This document shows positions 20,351-29,753 of a stretch of 64,000 nt of DNA, piece by piece. The position numbers and the translations under genes were made by a program. The stretch comes from Oscillospiraceae bacterium. Lineage in GTDB: Bacteria; Bacillota; Clostridia; Oscillospirales; Oscillospiraceae. The notes beneath the pieces were generated by a model, which saw only the letters and a program-made list of their open reading frames with translations, did no database searches and was not told the origin of the DNA. Each line of letters starts with the position of its first letter. Within the stretch, counting starts at the first letter, position 1. The stretch is from the NCBI GenBank assembly GCA_050950425.1, contig JBMNHO010000002.1, positions 1,360,154-1,424,153 on the forward strand, given 5' to 3'.

Positions 20351-20387
20351 CGGGCAGGACGACTTGATAAACGATGCTGAAAGGAGC

Positions 20388-20741
20388 ATGCTTGTGATAA
20401 CACCAAAGGAAATGGCTCAGACAGTGGCAAATGCACTGGACTCAAAAAAAGGACAAGATATTTGCGTGATGGAGACCACGGCGCTGACCACGCTTGCGGA
20501 CTATTTTGTGCTTTGTACCGCCGGCTCGACCACCCATTTGAAAACATTGTCCGATGAAACGGAAAAAGCGCTGAAGGAACTGGGGGAGACGCCCCACCAC
20601 ATTGAAGGATATCGCAGCGGGAGCTGGGTTTTGCTGGATTTTGGCTGTCTGGTTGTCCATTTGTTTTTGGAGGAAGCCCGGGAATTTTATGGGTTGGAGC
20701 ATTTGTGGAGCGATGCAAAACAGATCGATTTTTCAAACTAG
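20388..20741 (+). CDS. rsfS: ribosome silencing factor RsfS (iojap/YqeL)
   Basis: 117 aa; KKGQDICVM, ADYFVLCTAGSTTH, WVLLDFGCLVVHLF, YGLEHLW; AAGGAG upstream of ATG 20388. Confidence 0.9.
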   Translation: MLVITPKEMAQTVANALDSKKGQDICVMETTALTTLADYFVLCTAGSTTHLKTLSDETEKALKELGETPHHIEGYRSGSWVLLDFGCLVVHLFLEEAREFYGLEHLWSDAKQIDFSN

Positions 20742-20865
20742 GTGAAACGGCGCCGCATCGCCCCCCCGGCTCCCGCGTTTCGTGCGCGGCGAACCGGGGC
20801 TTTCCCATGAGAAAGGCATGCGGGCGCTTCATCTGTTTTTATGATACGGGAGGAAGCGAGTTACG

Positions 20866-23274
20866 ATGAAATACGAGTTTGACCGCATTGAAAAGAAATG
20901 GCGGGATCGGTGGGCGGCGGAGCAAACATATGCCGTTCAAACCGGGCATCCGGGGAAAAAATTTTACGCACTGGTCGAGTTTCCTTATCCGTCCGGCCAC
21001 GGGCTGCACGTGGGGCACGCAAGGCCCTATACCGCGATGGACGTGGTGGCCCGGAAGCACCGCATGCAGGGGGAGCACGTTTTGTTTCCCATTGGATGGG
21101 ATGCCTTTGGCCTGCCCACGGAAAATTACGCCATTGCCAACAAAATTCATCCTGTCAAGGTGACGGAAGAAAACGTAAAGGTCTTTAAAAGCCAGCTTCA
21201 GATGCTGGGCTACAGCTTTGACTGGGACCGGGAGGTGAACACCACAGACCCGGCCTACGTGAAATGGACCCAGTGGATTTTCTTAAAGCTGTATGAACAC
21301 GGGCTGGCTTATAAGGCGAAAATGCCGGTCAACTGGTGCACCTCCTGCAAATGCGTTCTGGCCAACGAGGAAGTGGTGGACAATGCCTGCGAGCGCTGCG
21401 GCAGCCCCGTGGTGCGAAAGGAAAAAAGCCAGTGGATGCTGAAAATTACGGAATATGCCCAGCGGCTTCTGGATGATCTGGAGGACGTGGATTTCATTGA
21501 GCGGGTCAAGATTCAGCAGCGCAACTGGATCGGCCGCAGCACCGGCGCCAACGTGAATTTTGAAACCACCGCCGGGGAGACCCTGCAAGTATACACCACC
21601 CGGCCGGACACGCTGTTTGGCGCCACCTATATGGTGATAGCGCCGGAGCACGACTATGTGCAAAAATGGGCCGGCCGCCTGCAAAACCGCGAAGAGGTGC
21701 AGGACTATTGCGAGCAGGCGGGCAAGAAGTCTGACTTTGAACGAACGGAAATGGTTCGGGAAAAGACGGGTGTGGAGCTGGAGGGCGTGCGCGCCATCAA
21801 CCCTGTGACAGGGGAGGAGATCCCCATTTTCATTTCCGATTATGTGCTGTCTACATACGGCACAGGCGCCATCATGGCGGTGCCGGGACACGACGAAAGA
21901 GACTGGGAATTTGCCAAAAAGTTTGGCCTTTCCATTATCGAGGTAGTGGCCGGCGGCAGCGTGGAGGAAGCGGCGTTTACAGACGTTGAAACCGGGAAGA
22001 TGGTGAACTCCGGCTTCTTAAACGGGCTGGAAGTGGCAGACGCGAAGAAAACCATTGTGGAATGGCTGGCTTCCAAACAATTGGGAGAAGCCACGGTGAA
22101 TTATAAGCTGAGAGACTGGGTCTTCTCCCGGCAGCGGTATTGGGGCGAGCCGATTCCGATGATCCATTGTCCCAAGTGCGGCTACGTCCCCCTGCCGGAG
22201 GACCAGCTGCCTCTGTTGCTGCCGGAGGTGGAATCTTACGAGCCGACGGATGACGGAGAATCTCCCATTGCGGCCATCCGCGGCTGGGTGGAAACCACAT
22301 GCCCCCATTGCGGCGGCCCGGCAGAGCGGGAAACAGACACGATGCCCCAGTGGGCCGGCTCCTCCTGGTATTTCCTGCGGTACATGGCCCCACACAATTC
22401 CGAGGCGCTGGCGTCCAAGGAAGCGCTGGATTATTGGAGCCCTGTGGATTGGTACAACGGCGGCATGGAGCATACCACGCTGCACCTCTTGTACTCCCGA
22501 TTCTGGCATAAATTTTTGTACGACATCGGCGTTGTACCCACAAAGGAGCCGTATCAAAAGCGAACCAGCCACGGGATGATTCTGGGTGAGGGCGGCGAGA
22601 AAATGTCCAAATCCCGGGGCAATGTGGTGAACCCCACGGATATCATCAGGCAGTACGGCGCGGACACCATGCGGATGTACATTATGTTCATCGGCGACTT
22701 TGAAAAAGCCGCGCCGTGGTCCTCGAAGGCCGTCAAAGGCTGCAAGCGTTTTCTGGACCGGGTTTGGAATTTGAGCGAATCTGTGGCGCCGGGAGAAACA
22801 TACAGCCCGGGCAACGAAAAGGCGATCCACAAAACCATTAAAAAGGTGACGGAAGACATTGAAGCCATGAAGTTTAACACGGCCATCGCGGCTTTGATGG
22901 CTTTGGTCAACGACTGTTCCGAAAGCGGCGTCAACAAGGCGGATATGCAAGCTTTGCTGCTGCTGCTGTCCCCCTTTGCCCCCCATATCGTGGAAGAAAT
23001 ATGGGAGCATTTGGGCTGTTCCGGCATGGCGTGCGTCCATCCTTGGCCCGCCTGGGACGAAGCAATGCTCACGGAAGACGTGGTGCAGATGGCCGTGCAG
23101 ATCAATGGGAAGTTCCGGGGGACGGTTTCCCTGCCGGCAGACAGCGGGGAGGAAGCGGCGGTCGCCGCCGCAACGGCGCTGGACAAGGTGGCACGGCAGC
23201 TGGAAGGGATGCAGATCGTGAAAACCATTCTGGTGAAAAACAAACTGCTGAACTTATTGATCCGCCCCGCATAA
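20866..23274 (+). CDS. leuS: leucine--tRNA ligase
   Basis: Class I motifs PYPSGHGLHVGH (HIGH) and KMSKSRGN (KMSKS), CP1 editing domain, 802 aa. Confidence 0.95.
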   Translation: MKYEFDRIEKKWRDRWAAEQTYAVQTGHPGKKFYALVEFPYPSGHGLHVGHARPYTAMDVVARKHRMQGEHVLFPIGWDAFGLPTENYAIANKIHPVKVTEENVKVFKSQLQMLGYSFDWDREVNTTDPAYVKWTQWIFLKLYEHGLAYKAKMPVNWCTSCKCVLANEEVVDNACERCGSPVVRKEKSQWMLKITEYAQRLLDDLEDVDFIERVKIQQRNWIGRSTGANVNFETTAGETLQVYTTRPDTLFGATYMVIAPEHDYVQKWAGRLQNREEVQDYCEQAGKKSDFERTEMVREKTGVELEGVRAINPVTGEEIPIFISDYVLSTYGTGAIMAVPGHDERDWEFAKKFGLSIIEVVAGGSVEEAAFTDVETGKMVNSGFLNGLEVADAKKTIVEWLASKQLGEATVNYKLRDWVFSRQRYWGEPIPMIHCPKCGYVPLPEDQLPLLLPEVESYEPTDDGESPIAAIRGWVETTCPHCGGPAERETDTMPQWAGSSWYFLRYMAPHNSEALASKEALDYWSPVDWYNGGMEHTTLHLLYSRFWHKFLYDIGVVPTKEPYQKRTSHGMILGEGGEKMSKSRGNVVNPTDIIRQYGADTMRMYIMFIGDFEKAAPWSSKAVKGCKRFLDRVWNLSESVAPGETYSPGNEKAIHKTIKKVTEDIEAMKFNTAIAALMALVNDCSESGVNKADMQALLLLLSPFAPHIVEEIWEHLGCSGMACVHPWPAWDEAMLTEDVVQMAVQINGKFRGTVSLPADSGEEAAVAAATALDKVARQLEGMQIVKTILVKNKLLNLLIRPA

Positions 23275-23316
23275 AAAAGCGCGAAAGTTGCGGTCTGAAA
23301 ATAAAAGCAGTTTCCC

Positions 23317-23345
23317 TTGACAATCCAAGGAAATTTGAATATAAT
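23317..23345 (+). promoter_or_regulatory. sigma-70-type promoter upstream of rpsU
   Basis: TTGACA (23317-23322), 17-nt spacer, TATAAT (23340-23345). Confidence 0.45.
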
Positions 23346-23422
23346 AATAGGACGTGAAAGCCATATATGCATGGCCCTCGATGCCTTGGTTGCTCCGAGG
23401 CATGGCGGAAGGAGGGATAACG

Positions 23423-23608
23423 ATGTCGGAAGTCCGAGTAAAAGAGAACGAATCTTTGGACAGCGCGCTGAAACGATTCAAGCGTAACTGCGCAAAAGCT
23501 GGCGTTCTCGCAGAAGTGCGGAAACGGGAACACTACGAAAGCCCCAGCGTGAAGCGCCGCAAAAAATCTGAAGCCGCAAGAAAGAATAAAAACAAGCGAG
23601 CTTATTGA
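23423..23608 (+). CDS. rpsU: 30S ribosomal protein S21
   Basis: [21 protein letters not shown]...[15 protein letters not shown], 61 aa, basic; GGAGGG upstream. Confidence 0.9.
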   Translation: MSEVRVKENESLDSALKRFKRNCAKAGVLAEVRKREHYESPSVKRRKKSEAARKNKNKRAY

Positions 23609-23620
23609 TGAAACAAAATT

Positions 23621-23660
23621 AAACAGACGCCGTAAACAATGTTTTACGGCGTCTGTTTTT
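23621..23660. terminator. bidirectional intrinsic terminator between convergent rpsU and 23660-24442 gene
   Basis: 16-bp perfect stem AAACAGACGCCGTAAA/TTTACGGCGTCTGTTT, 6-nt loop, A-run before and T-run after. Confidence 0.7.
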
Positions 23661-24442
23661 CATTGCTGGGAGGAGAGCAAGGCGTTGGCCCATTCGGCGA
23701 TTTCCGGGTAAAAAAACAGCATGGTTGAGATCCCCAAAGACGAGGCCAGCCGCATTTTTTTCTGCATGCTGCCCAGGTCGTCGAACATTACAAAATGAGC
23801 GCCGGAGGTGCTGTCCATATAGGTAAAGTAATGGCTGCACAGTTCGCTGGAAAAAAAGATGGAGGGCTGGTGAGTGTCTTGCAGCGCCTGGAGGGCTTCC
23901 AGGGTGAGAGGGTGGCCCTTCCCGTTGGGTGCCGGCAGAAAAAAATCGGCGCACACACGCTCTACGTCCAGCGCGATGCGAGACGCGCCATATTGGGAAG
24001 CGGCGTCTGTCAGGCGCTGCCGAAGGGATCCGCCGGAAAGGGCGGTGGAAACCAGCAGCTTTGTTTGCGCCGAGGCCTCGGCGTACGCTTCGGGGACATA
24101 AAGAGTGAGCGCTCGCTGGGAAAAAAACGAACCGAGCTGGGAGACAATGGAACGGGCGGGCGGAGTCGGCTCTTGGGCAAACTGTAAAATGGCACCGCTG
24201 AATCTACGCCCGGCGCATTCCTGCAGTACTTCTTTGCAGAAGGTGACAGGGTCACCCTCGCCGTCAAACTCAACGTCGTCGATCACCATCAGACCCCCCC
24301 GCATGGCCGAGGGCGAGGTGGTGCGAAACAAGTGGCCGCTTTGCCCCAGACGGTATGACATATGGGCGATGGTGGCGGCATAGGCGCCGCTGGGCGGAAG
24401 GGTGCCGGGCGCCGCTGCCAAGATAAAATGTGTTTTTTCCAT
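23660..24442 (-). CDS. hypothetical protein (260 aa from MEKTHFIL)
   Basis: Long ORF convergent with rpsU; internal ATG 24442 preceded by AAGGGGG; no motif recognised. Confidence 0.5.
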   Translation of the reverse strand: MEKTHFILAAAPGTLPPSGAYAATIAHMSYRLGQSGHLFRTTSPSAMRGGLMVIDDVEFDGEGDPVTFCKEVLQECAGRRFSGAILQFAQEPTPPARSIVSQLGSFFSQRALTLYVPEAYAEASAQTKLLVSTALSGGSLRQRLTDAASQYGASRIALDVERVCADFFLPAPNGKGHPLTLEALQALQDTHQPSIFFSSELCSHYFTYMDSTSGAHFVMFDDLGSMQKKMRLASSLGISTMLFFYPEIAEWANALLSSQQ

Positions 24443-24567
24443 ATACAGAAAACCCCCTTGTCCAGAGATGAAAAACGATGCTATAATGAAACACATCCTC
24501 TTGGCACTGTATGAAGCAGCGGGTGCAATCATGCATCCGGAACCAAAAAAGAAAGGCGGGGACGGTA

Positions 24568-25080
24568 TTGGCCTGTTCTCTTTTCCCCCACCAAATGTAC
24601 GATTCGATCCATCAGCTGGACCCGGCGGCGCTGGCGGCGGCCGGCGTTCGGCTGGTGCTGGCCGATTTGGATAACACCATCAGCCCCTACTCCGTTTCAG
24701 AGCCGACAGAAGAGGTGCTGGCGTGGAAGAGGGGCCTGGAGCGAAACGACATTGCCCTTTTTATCTTGTCCAACAACCGATCTGAAACAAGAGTCAAGGC
24801 GTATTGCCGGCTGCTGGATGTTCCGTTTATCGACCATGCGGGCAAGCCAAAGCGAGGGTCCTTTTTCCGGGCGATGGAGCAGATGGGCGTCTCGCCGGAG
24901 GAGACCATTATGGTCGGCGATCAAATTATGACAGATGTGCTGGGCGGCAATCGGGCGGGGATCCCTGTATATTTGGTGAAGCCCATCCGGATTCGGGATA
25001 ATATCCTGCGTATTTTGCGCCACGGCCTGGAGCAGCCGGTGATTTTCCTCGCGAAAATGCGCCGCCGCCGGGAAACATAA
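24568..25080 (+). CDS. YqeG-family HAD phosphatase (subfamily IIIA)
   Basis: HAD motif I LADLDNT, SNN motif, GKPKRG, MVGDQIMTDVLGGNRAG; probable TTG start 24568 (ORF-track start 24511). Confidence 0.8.
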   Translation: MACSLFPHQMYDSIHQLDPAALAAAGVRLVLADLDNTISPYSVSEPTEEVLAWKRGLERNDIALFILSNNRSETRVKAYCRLLDVPFIDHAGKPKRGSFFRAMEQMGVSPEETIMVGDQIMTDVLGGNRAGIPVYLVKPIRIRDNILRILRHGLEQPVIFLAKMRRRRET

Positions 25081-25132
25081 ATATGCAGAGGGCAAAAAGC
25101 CAGAAAAAAGCCAGATAGAAAGAAGGAGCAGA

Positions 25133-26203
25133 ATGAATCACCTGACACAAATCGCGGCGCAGCTGGATCGCTACGAAATCGACGCCGTTGTCTTGACCAG
25201 CAAGGCAAACCGATTTTATGCCACCGGCTTTCCCTCTTCTGACGGGATGGCGCTTGTGACGAAAAAAGAGAGCTATTTTTTAACGGACAGCCGATACACG
25301 GAAGCGGCAAAAAACACGATACAAAACGCGACGGTACAAGAGCTGCCCCGGGGGGAAACGTATGGGGAGGCATTGGCCCGGCTGGTGAGCCGGTGCGGCG
25401 TTCAAAGGCTGGGGTTTGAAGAAGCGTCGATGACTGTGCTGGAATATCAAAGGCTTACAAAGCAGGTTCCCTGCGCCTTTGTGCCGGCCCAGGCTCTGCT
25501 TGACGGGCTGCGGGCGGCAAAAGGAGAAGAGGAGCTTCGGCGGATGCGCAAGGCCCAGTGGATTGCCGAGCGGGGGCTGGAGGATGTTTTGCCCCAGATC
25601 AAGGTGGGCGTGTCGGAACTGGATCTGGCCGCAGAGCTGACTTATCGGATGATGCGCTGGGGCGGCGCCAAAAACTCCTTTGACCCCATTGTGGTATCGG
25701 GGCCGAACTCCAGCTTGCCCCACGGGGTGCCAACGGCACGAAAGATCCAAAAAGGTGATTTTGTCACCATGGATTTTGGCTGCATATATGAAGGATATTG
25801 TTCTGACATGACCCGCACCGTTGCGGTGGGCAGTGTAAGCGAAGAGATGAGGGCTGTGTATCAGCTGGTTTTGCGGGCGCAGGAGGCGGGCATTGCCGCC
25901 GCTCGGGCCGGCGTTCCGGGGAGAGATGTGGACCAAGCGGCCCGCGGCGTGATTGAACAGGCGGGGTACGGGGCATACTTTGGACACGGGTTTGGGCACA
26001 GTCTGGGGATTGAGGTGCACGAAGGGCCGAACTTCAACCACTCCGCTGTGACGCCGATGCCTGTGGGCGCTGTTGTTTCCGCCGAACCGGGCATTTATTT
26101 GCCGGGGCGGTTTGGGGTGCGCATTGAGGACGTTCTCTGCCTGCATGAAACAGGGTGCGAAAACTTAAGCCACGCCCCGAAAGAGCTTCGGGTGTTGGAC
26201 TGA
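25133..26203 (+). CDS. Xaa-Pro aminopeptidase/dipeptidase (M24B)
   Basis: Creatinase-like N-domain plus pita-bread fold metal ligands (DFGCIYEGYCSDMTR, HGFGHSLGIEVHE, EPGIY, RIED). Confidence 0.9.
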   Translation: MNHLTQIAAQLDRYEIDAVVLTSKANRFYATGFPSSDGMALVTKKESYFLTDSRYTEAAKNTIQNATVQELPRGETYGEALARLVSRCGVQRLGFEEASMTVLEYQRLTKQVPCAFVPAQALLDGLRAAKGEEELRRMRKAQWIAERGLEDVLPQIKVGVSELDLAAELTYRMMRWGGAKNSFDPIVVSGPNSSLPHGVPTARKIQKGDFVTMDFGCIYEGYCSDMTRTVAVGSVSEEMRAVYQLVLRAQEAGIAAARAGVPGRDVDQAARGVIEQAGYGAYFGHGFGHSLGIEVHEGPNFNHSAVTPMPVGAVVSAEPGIYLPGRFGVRIEDVLCLHETGCENLSHAPKELRVLD

Positions 26204-26237
26204 AACCGCAGCAAAAGACAAAAAATTTCAAAACCCT

Positions 26238-26265
26238 GTTGACAACTGGAAATGACGGAGTATAC
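26238..26265 (+). promoter_or_regulatory. possible promoter upstream of nifS
   Basis: TTGACA (26238-26243), 16-nt spacer, TATACT (26260-26265). Confidence 0.4.
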
Positions 26266-26333
26266 TATATCATAGTATTTTGATGGGTAATGGATATAAC
26301 TTGGAACAGGGAATCGGAAATGGAGTGAATTAT

Positions 26334-27503
26334 ATGGTATATGCAGATCATGCCGCAACGACGGCGGTTTCTGAAACGGCGTTAAAAGAGATGATACCAT
26401 ATTTGCGGGAGCAATATGGGAACCCCTCTGGTATTTATAAGGTCGGGCAGGCGGCAAGGCGAGCCATGGAAGCCGCCCGAGAAAAGGTGGCGAAGGCCAT
26501 TGGCGCCGCGCCTTCGGAGGTTTATTTCACAGGTAGCGGGAGCGAAGCGGACAACTGGGCGCTCAAAGGCGTGGCCGAGCTGAAACAAGGAAAAGGCCGC
26601 CACATGATTACCACACAAATAGAGCACCCCGCGATACTGAACACAGCGCGTTTTCTGGAAACCCGCGGGTTTGAAGTGACCTACCTTCCGGTGGACAAGC
26701 TGGGAAGGGTGTCTGTCGCGTCCGTGGCAGACGCCATTCGGGAGGACACGATTTTAATCTCTGTGATGATGGCAAACAATGAAATCGGAACCATTGAGCC
26801 CATCGAAGAGATCGGCAAGCCGGCCCATGCAAAAGGCATTTTGTTTCATACGGACGCGGTGCAGGCCGTGGGGAATATCCCTGTTGACGTAAAGACGCTG
26901 AACGTGGATCTGTTGTCTCTGTCCGGCCATAAGTTCGGCGGGCCGAAGGGCGTCGGCGCTCTTTATATGCGCAAAGGGCTGCGGTTGCCTCCGCTGGTTC
27001 ATGGCGGCGGCCAGGAGCAGGGCGTGCGGGGCGGAACAGAAAACGTTGCCGGGCTCGTCGGCATGGCGGCGGCGCTGGAAGAGTCCGTTGCCAATTTAGA
27101 GCAAAATATGAAAAAAGTGTCCGCGCTGCGGGACCGGCTGATCGAAGGGCTGCTTCAAATCCCCTATACCGCCTTGACGGGGGACAGGGACAACCGGGTG
27201 CCGGGCATTGCATCCTTTGCGTTTGAGTGCGTGGAGGGAGAATCCATGGTGCTGATGCTGGATCATGTCGGGATTTGCGGCTCTTCCGGTTCTGCCTGTT
27301 CTTCCGGTTCTTTGGATCCGTCCCATGTCCTGCTTGCCATCGGGCTGACCCATGAAGTGGCCCACGGCTCTTTGCGGCTGTCTCTGGGCGCGGAAAATAC
27401 AGAAAAAGACGTGGATTATATTCTGGAGCATCTCCCCGGCGTCATTGCCAATTTGCGGCGGATGTCTCCCTTGTGGGAAGAAAAACAAAAGGAGGTACAG
27501 TGA
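26334..27503 (+). CDS. nifS: cysteine desulfurase (NifS/IscS type)
   Basis: PLP-lysine motif SGHKFGGPKG, active-site loop SSGSACSSG; ATG 26334 (MVYADHAATT) is downstream of the predicted promoter. Confidence 0.9.
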   Translation: MVYADHAATTAVSETALKEMIPYLREQYGNPSGIYKVGQAARRAMEAAREKVAKAIGAAPSEVYFTGSGSEADNWALKGVAELKQGKGRHMITTQIEHPAILNTARFLETRGFEVTYLPVDKLGRVSVASVADAIREDTILISVMMANNEIGTIEPIEEIGKPAHAKGILFHTDAVQAVGNIPVDVKTLNVDLLSLSGHKFGGPKGVGALYMRKGLRLPPLVHGGGQEQGVRGGTENVAGLVGMAAALEESVANLEQNMKKVSALRDRLIEGLLQIPYTALTGDRDNRVPGIASFAFECVEGESMVLMLDHVGICGSSGSACSSGSLDPSHVLLAIGLTHEVAHGSLRLSLGAENTEKDVDYILEHLPGVIANLRRMSPLWEEKQKEVQ

Positions 27504-27937
27504 TGTATTCTGAAAAAGTGATGGATCATTTCAGCAACCCGCGGAACGTGGGCGAGATTGCAGACGCCAACGCCGTCGGCCAGGTGGGCAACGTCAAATG
27601 CGGCGATATTATGAAAATTTACATGAAGATTGACAAAGACGATATCATTCAGGACGTGAAATTTAAAACCTTCGGCTGCGGCGCCGCTGTGGCCACTTCT
27701 TCCATGGCCACGGAGTTGGTGAAAGGGAAGTCGGTGCAGGACGCCCTGGCTTTGACCAACAAGGCCGTGGTGGATGCGCTGGACGGGTTGCCCCCGGTGA
27801 AGATGCATTGCTCTGTTTTGGCGGAAGAGGCCATCAAAGCAGCCATTAGCGACTACTTTGTGAGGCAGGGGATCGACCCTGTACCCATTGTTGGATGCAG
27901 CATGGATTGCGAAGCATGTCATCACACCCATGAATGA
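27503..27937 (+). CDS. nifU: Fe-S cluster assembly scaffold (NifU N-terminal/IscU type)
   Basis: MDHFSNPRNVG, GNVKCGDIM, FGCGAAVATSS, MHCSVLAEEA; start overlaps nifS stop (TGATG). Confidence 0.9.
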   Translation: MYSEKVMDHFSNPRNVGEIADANAVGQVGNVKCGDIMKIYMKIDKDDIIQDVKFKTFGCGAAVATSSMATELVKGKSVQDALALTNKAVVDALDGLPPVKMHCSVLAEEAIKAAISDYFVRQGIDPVPIVGCSMDCEACHHTHE

Positions 27938-27980
27938 ACCAAAGCCAGGAAAACGTAGGGCAAAAGGCAGGTGAAAGCCG

Positions 27981-28424
27981 ATGAAAATATCCACAAAAGG
28001 ACGGTATGCCTTGCGCTTTATGGTCGATTTGGCGCTCCATCGTGGGAAGCAGTACATTCCGCTCAAAGAAATTGCCCAGCGTCAGGGGATATCAGAAAAA
28101 TACTTGGAGCAAATTGTGCCGGCGCTGAATAAGGCGGGCTATGTGCAAAGCACTAGGGGATCTCAGGGGGGATATCGGTTGAGCCATCCGCCGGAGACGT
28201 ACTCCGTTGGTATGATTGTCCGCTTGATGGAAGGGGAGCTGGCTCCCGCGCCGTGCGCAGGGCAGCCGGATCACAACAGCTGCCCCCGGGCGGACGAATG
28301 TGTGACAGTAGTCGTCTGGGAGAAAATCCGGGAAGCGGTGGACAATGTGGTAGACTGTATCACGCTGGACGACCTGGTGGCGGAATACCATGCAAAAACA
28401 GGGCAAGTACAATATGATATTTGA
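27981..28424 (+). CDS. Rrf2-family transcriptional regulator (IscR/CymR-like)
   Basis: MKISTKGRYALRFMVDLA winged helix, QGISEKYLEQI; Cys residues spaced C-x11-C-x5-C as a possible cluster site. Confidence 0.85.
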   Translation: MKISTKGRYALRFMVDLALHRGKQYIPLKEIAQRQGISEKYLEQIVPALNKAGYVQSTRGSQGGYRLSHPPETYSVGMIVRLMEGELAPAPCAGQPDHNSCPRADECVTVVVWEKIREAVDNVVDCITLDDLVAEYHAKTGQVQYDI

Positions 28425-28426
28425 AA

Positions 28427-28456
28427 AAGCAAGGGGATTTATCCCCTTGCTTTTTG
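28427..28456 (+). terminator. intrinsic terminator after rrf2 gene
   Basis: AAGCAAGGGGA/TCCCCTTGCTT 11-bp stem, loop TTTA, T-run. Confidence 0.7.
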
Positions 28457-28502
28457 ATTTATTGCGACAGGTTGGACTGTGAAAGATAAAAACAATCCGC
28501 AT

Positions 28503-28545
28503 AAAAAAGAAGGCCGCTGGCACGCCAGCGGCCTTCTTTGTTCTT
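28503..28545 (-). terminator. intrinsic terminator after serA (usable in both directions)
   Basis: AAGAAGGCCGCTGG/CCAGCGGCCTTCTT 14-bp stem, loop CACG, flanked by an A-run and a T-rich tract. Confidence 0.7.
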
Positions 28546-28558
28546 TTGTGATAAAAAG

Positions 28559-29725
28559 CTACCGGATGACCCGCACCCGCAAAACGCCGCCGATGGCGCG
28601 GACTTCGTCCACAACCCGGTCGTGCACCCGGCTGTTTAAATCCACCAAAGTATAAGCGTAGTTGCGCTTGGAGTGGTTCATCAAGTTTTCCACGTTGATG
28701 TCCTCTTTGGACAGAACGGACATAATGGATGCCAGCATATTTGGCACGTTTCGATGGATGATGCCCATGCGGATCATCCCGGAACGGTCCATAGATACGT
28801 TGGGCAGGTTCACGGAGTTTCGAATGTTCCCATTTTCCAAATAGTCCTTCAGCTGCTCCACAGCCATCACGGCGCAGTTTTCCTCGCTTTCCGGAGAGGA
28901 GGCGCCCAAATGGGGGATGGCCACCACGTTTTTGGCCGCCACAATCTTGTTGTTGGGGAAGTCGGTGATATAGCTTGCCACTTTTCCCTCTTCCAAAGCG
29001 GCAATGATGTCGTCGTCCACCACAAGCTCGCTGCGGGCCAGGTTCAAAATTCTCACGTGAGACTTCATCATCTGGATGGACTCGGCGTTGACCATCCCGT
29101 TTGTTTCCGGGGTCAGGGGCATATGCAGGGTGATATAATCACAATTTTTAAAAATGGTGTTCAGATCCATGGCGCGGTGGACAGAGCGGGAGAGGCGCAA
29201 AGCGGAATCTACGGACAAAAACGGGTCGTAGCCATAGACGGTCATGCCCAGCTTCGTGGCAATGTTCGCCACTTGCACGCCGACGGCGCCAAGGCCCAGG
29301 ACGCCCAAGGTCTTCCCGCTGATTTCCGGGCCGACAAAGGCGGATTTTCCTTTTTCCACGGCGGTGACAACGTCTGCCCCTTCTCTTGCCTGCTGGTGTA
29401 CCCACTCGGCGCCGCCCAAAATGTCTCGAGACGCCAGGAGCAAGGCGCAGACAGCCAGTTCCTTCACGGCATTGGCGTTGGCGCCGGGGGTGTTAAAGAC
29501 CACAATGCCCGACTCGGAGCATCGATCGATGGGAATGTTGTTGACGCCCACGCCTGCCCGCGCGATGGCCCGCAGGGAGGGTAAAAATGTGTAATTTTGC
29601 ATGTCAGTGGAACGAACCAAAATGCCATCGGGGTTTTCCAGGTCGTTGCCAATGGTGTATCTGCTTTTATCCAGCAGGGCAAGGCCTGTGGGGCTGATTT
29701 TATTCAGTGTTTGAATGCGATACAT
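28559..29725 (-). CDS. serA: D-3-phosphoglycerate dehydrogenase with C-terminal ACT domain
   Basis: 2-hydroxyacid dehydrogenase NAD motif GVLGLGAVGVQVA, catalytic ...HLGAS..E; ACT-like C-terminus. Confidence 0.9.
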   Translation of the reverse strand: MYRIQTLNKISPTGLALLDKSRYTIGNDLENPDGILVRSTDMQNYTFLPSLRAIARAGVGVNNIPIDRCSESGIVVFNTPGANANAVKELAVCALLLASRDILGGAEWVHQQAREGADVVTAVEKGKSAFVGPEISGKTLGVLGLGAVGVQVANIATKLGMTVYGYDPFLSVDSALRLSRSVHRAMDLNTIFKNCDYITLHMPLTPETNGMVNAESIQMMKSHVRILNLARSELVVDDDIIAALEEGKVASYITDFPNNKIVAAKNVVAIPHLGASSPESEENCAVMAVEQLKDYLENGNIRNSVNLPNVSMDRSGMIRMGIIHRNVPNMLASIMSVLSKEDINVENLMNHSKRNYAYTLVDLNSRVHDRVVDEVRAIGGVLRVRVIR

Positions 29726-29753
29726 GTGAATCCTCCAAATGCGATTTTATGGG

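Noticed and set aside
20076-20387. N-terminal extension of the rsfS ORF (221-aa track ORF)
   Set aside because: The extension overlaps the LCP gene tail in another frame and is Arg/Pro-rich. The RsfS homology starts at ATG 20388, which has its own AAGGAG.
20742-20865. T-box leader upstream of leuS (and of lysS)
   Set aside because: The spacer is only about 120 nt, and lysS follows greA by 3-40 nt. I saw no AGGGUGGNACCGCG T-box sequence and no terminator/antiterminator pair.
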